Below are positions 63,827 through 64,000 of a DNA stretch of 64,000 bases, piece by piece. Position 1 is the stretch's first letter; the number at the start of each line of letters is the position of its first letter. The notes under the pieces were generated by a model, which was not told where the DNA came from, made no database searches, and was given only the letters and a program-made list of their open reading frames with translations. Location: the NCBI GenBank assembly GCA_937625935.1, contig OW569360.1:310001-374000 (forward strand), given 5' to 3'. Position numbers and translations under genes: made by a program. The stretch comes from Tetramitus jugosus. Its lineage: Eukaryota > Protista > Heterolobosea.

Positions 63827-64000
63827 ATGTCAACGACACCATCGGAACCACAACAAGAGCAACAAATTATCCAGACAGAGATCACTCAAGATCCACTCCA
63901 CTTTGAACAAGAATTCGTCACAAACGTCTACAATCACATTGCTCCTCACTTTTCATCCACAAGGTACAAAGCATGGCCCTACGTGGAGCAATTTTTGTTG
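63827..64000 (+). CDS. TRM9: tRNA methyltransferase TRM9/ALKBH8-like, N-terminus (truncated by window edge)
   Basis: EQEFVTNVYNHIAPHFSSTRYKAWPYVEQFL. Confidence 0.85.
   Translation, partial: MSTTPSEPQQEQQIIQTEITQDPLHFEQEFVTNVYNHIAPHFSSTRYKAWPYVEQFLL

Overview
Gene-dense eukaryotic genomic window with short GT-AG introns and the standard code. The Naegleria-style EGF repeats and a GPS-7TM-RGS receptor suggest a heterolobosean/discoban amoeba (inference only). About 35 protein genes are recognisable, including MPI (partial), HPS4-like, ECI2, a large EGF surface protein, cyclophilin PPIL3, a CCCH zinc-finger protein, MSH6, PTGR, PLAC8, HGSNAT, a MAPK, S1P phosphatase, TMEM199, two F-box/LRR paralogues, a SUV39/G9a-like SET protein, carotenoid oxygenase, carboxylesterase, NDUFB11, PAN3, a CaMKK-like kinase, a MORN protein and TRM9 (partial). 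The main signal lies at the two tRNA genes. (1) Each carries a poly(A)-tailed insert with a target-site duplication (TSD), placed head-to-head 44-55 bp upstream: a 1.39-kb element encoding only an RRM/coiled-coil ORF1-like protein at tRNA-Glu, and a 112-bp element at tRNA-Ala. The two share a 3'-terminal AATAAA-GT..GCAAC-loop-GTTGTAT-poly(A) signature, consistent with a tRNA-gene-targeted non-LTR retroelement family analogous to Dictyostelium TRE5. (2) tRNA-Ala(TGC) is split in its D-loop by a 1315-bp element with short terminal inverted repeats (TIRs), a TA duplication and subterminal repeats. (3) Both tRNA genes share an identically spaced upstream motif, TGGGCACC-N15-AGAAATA.
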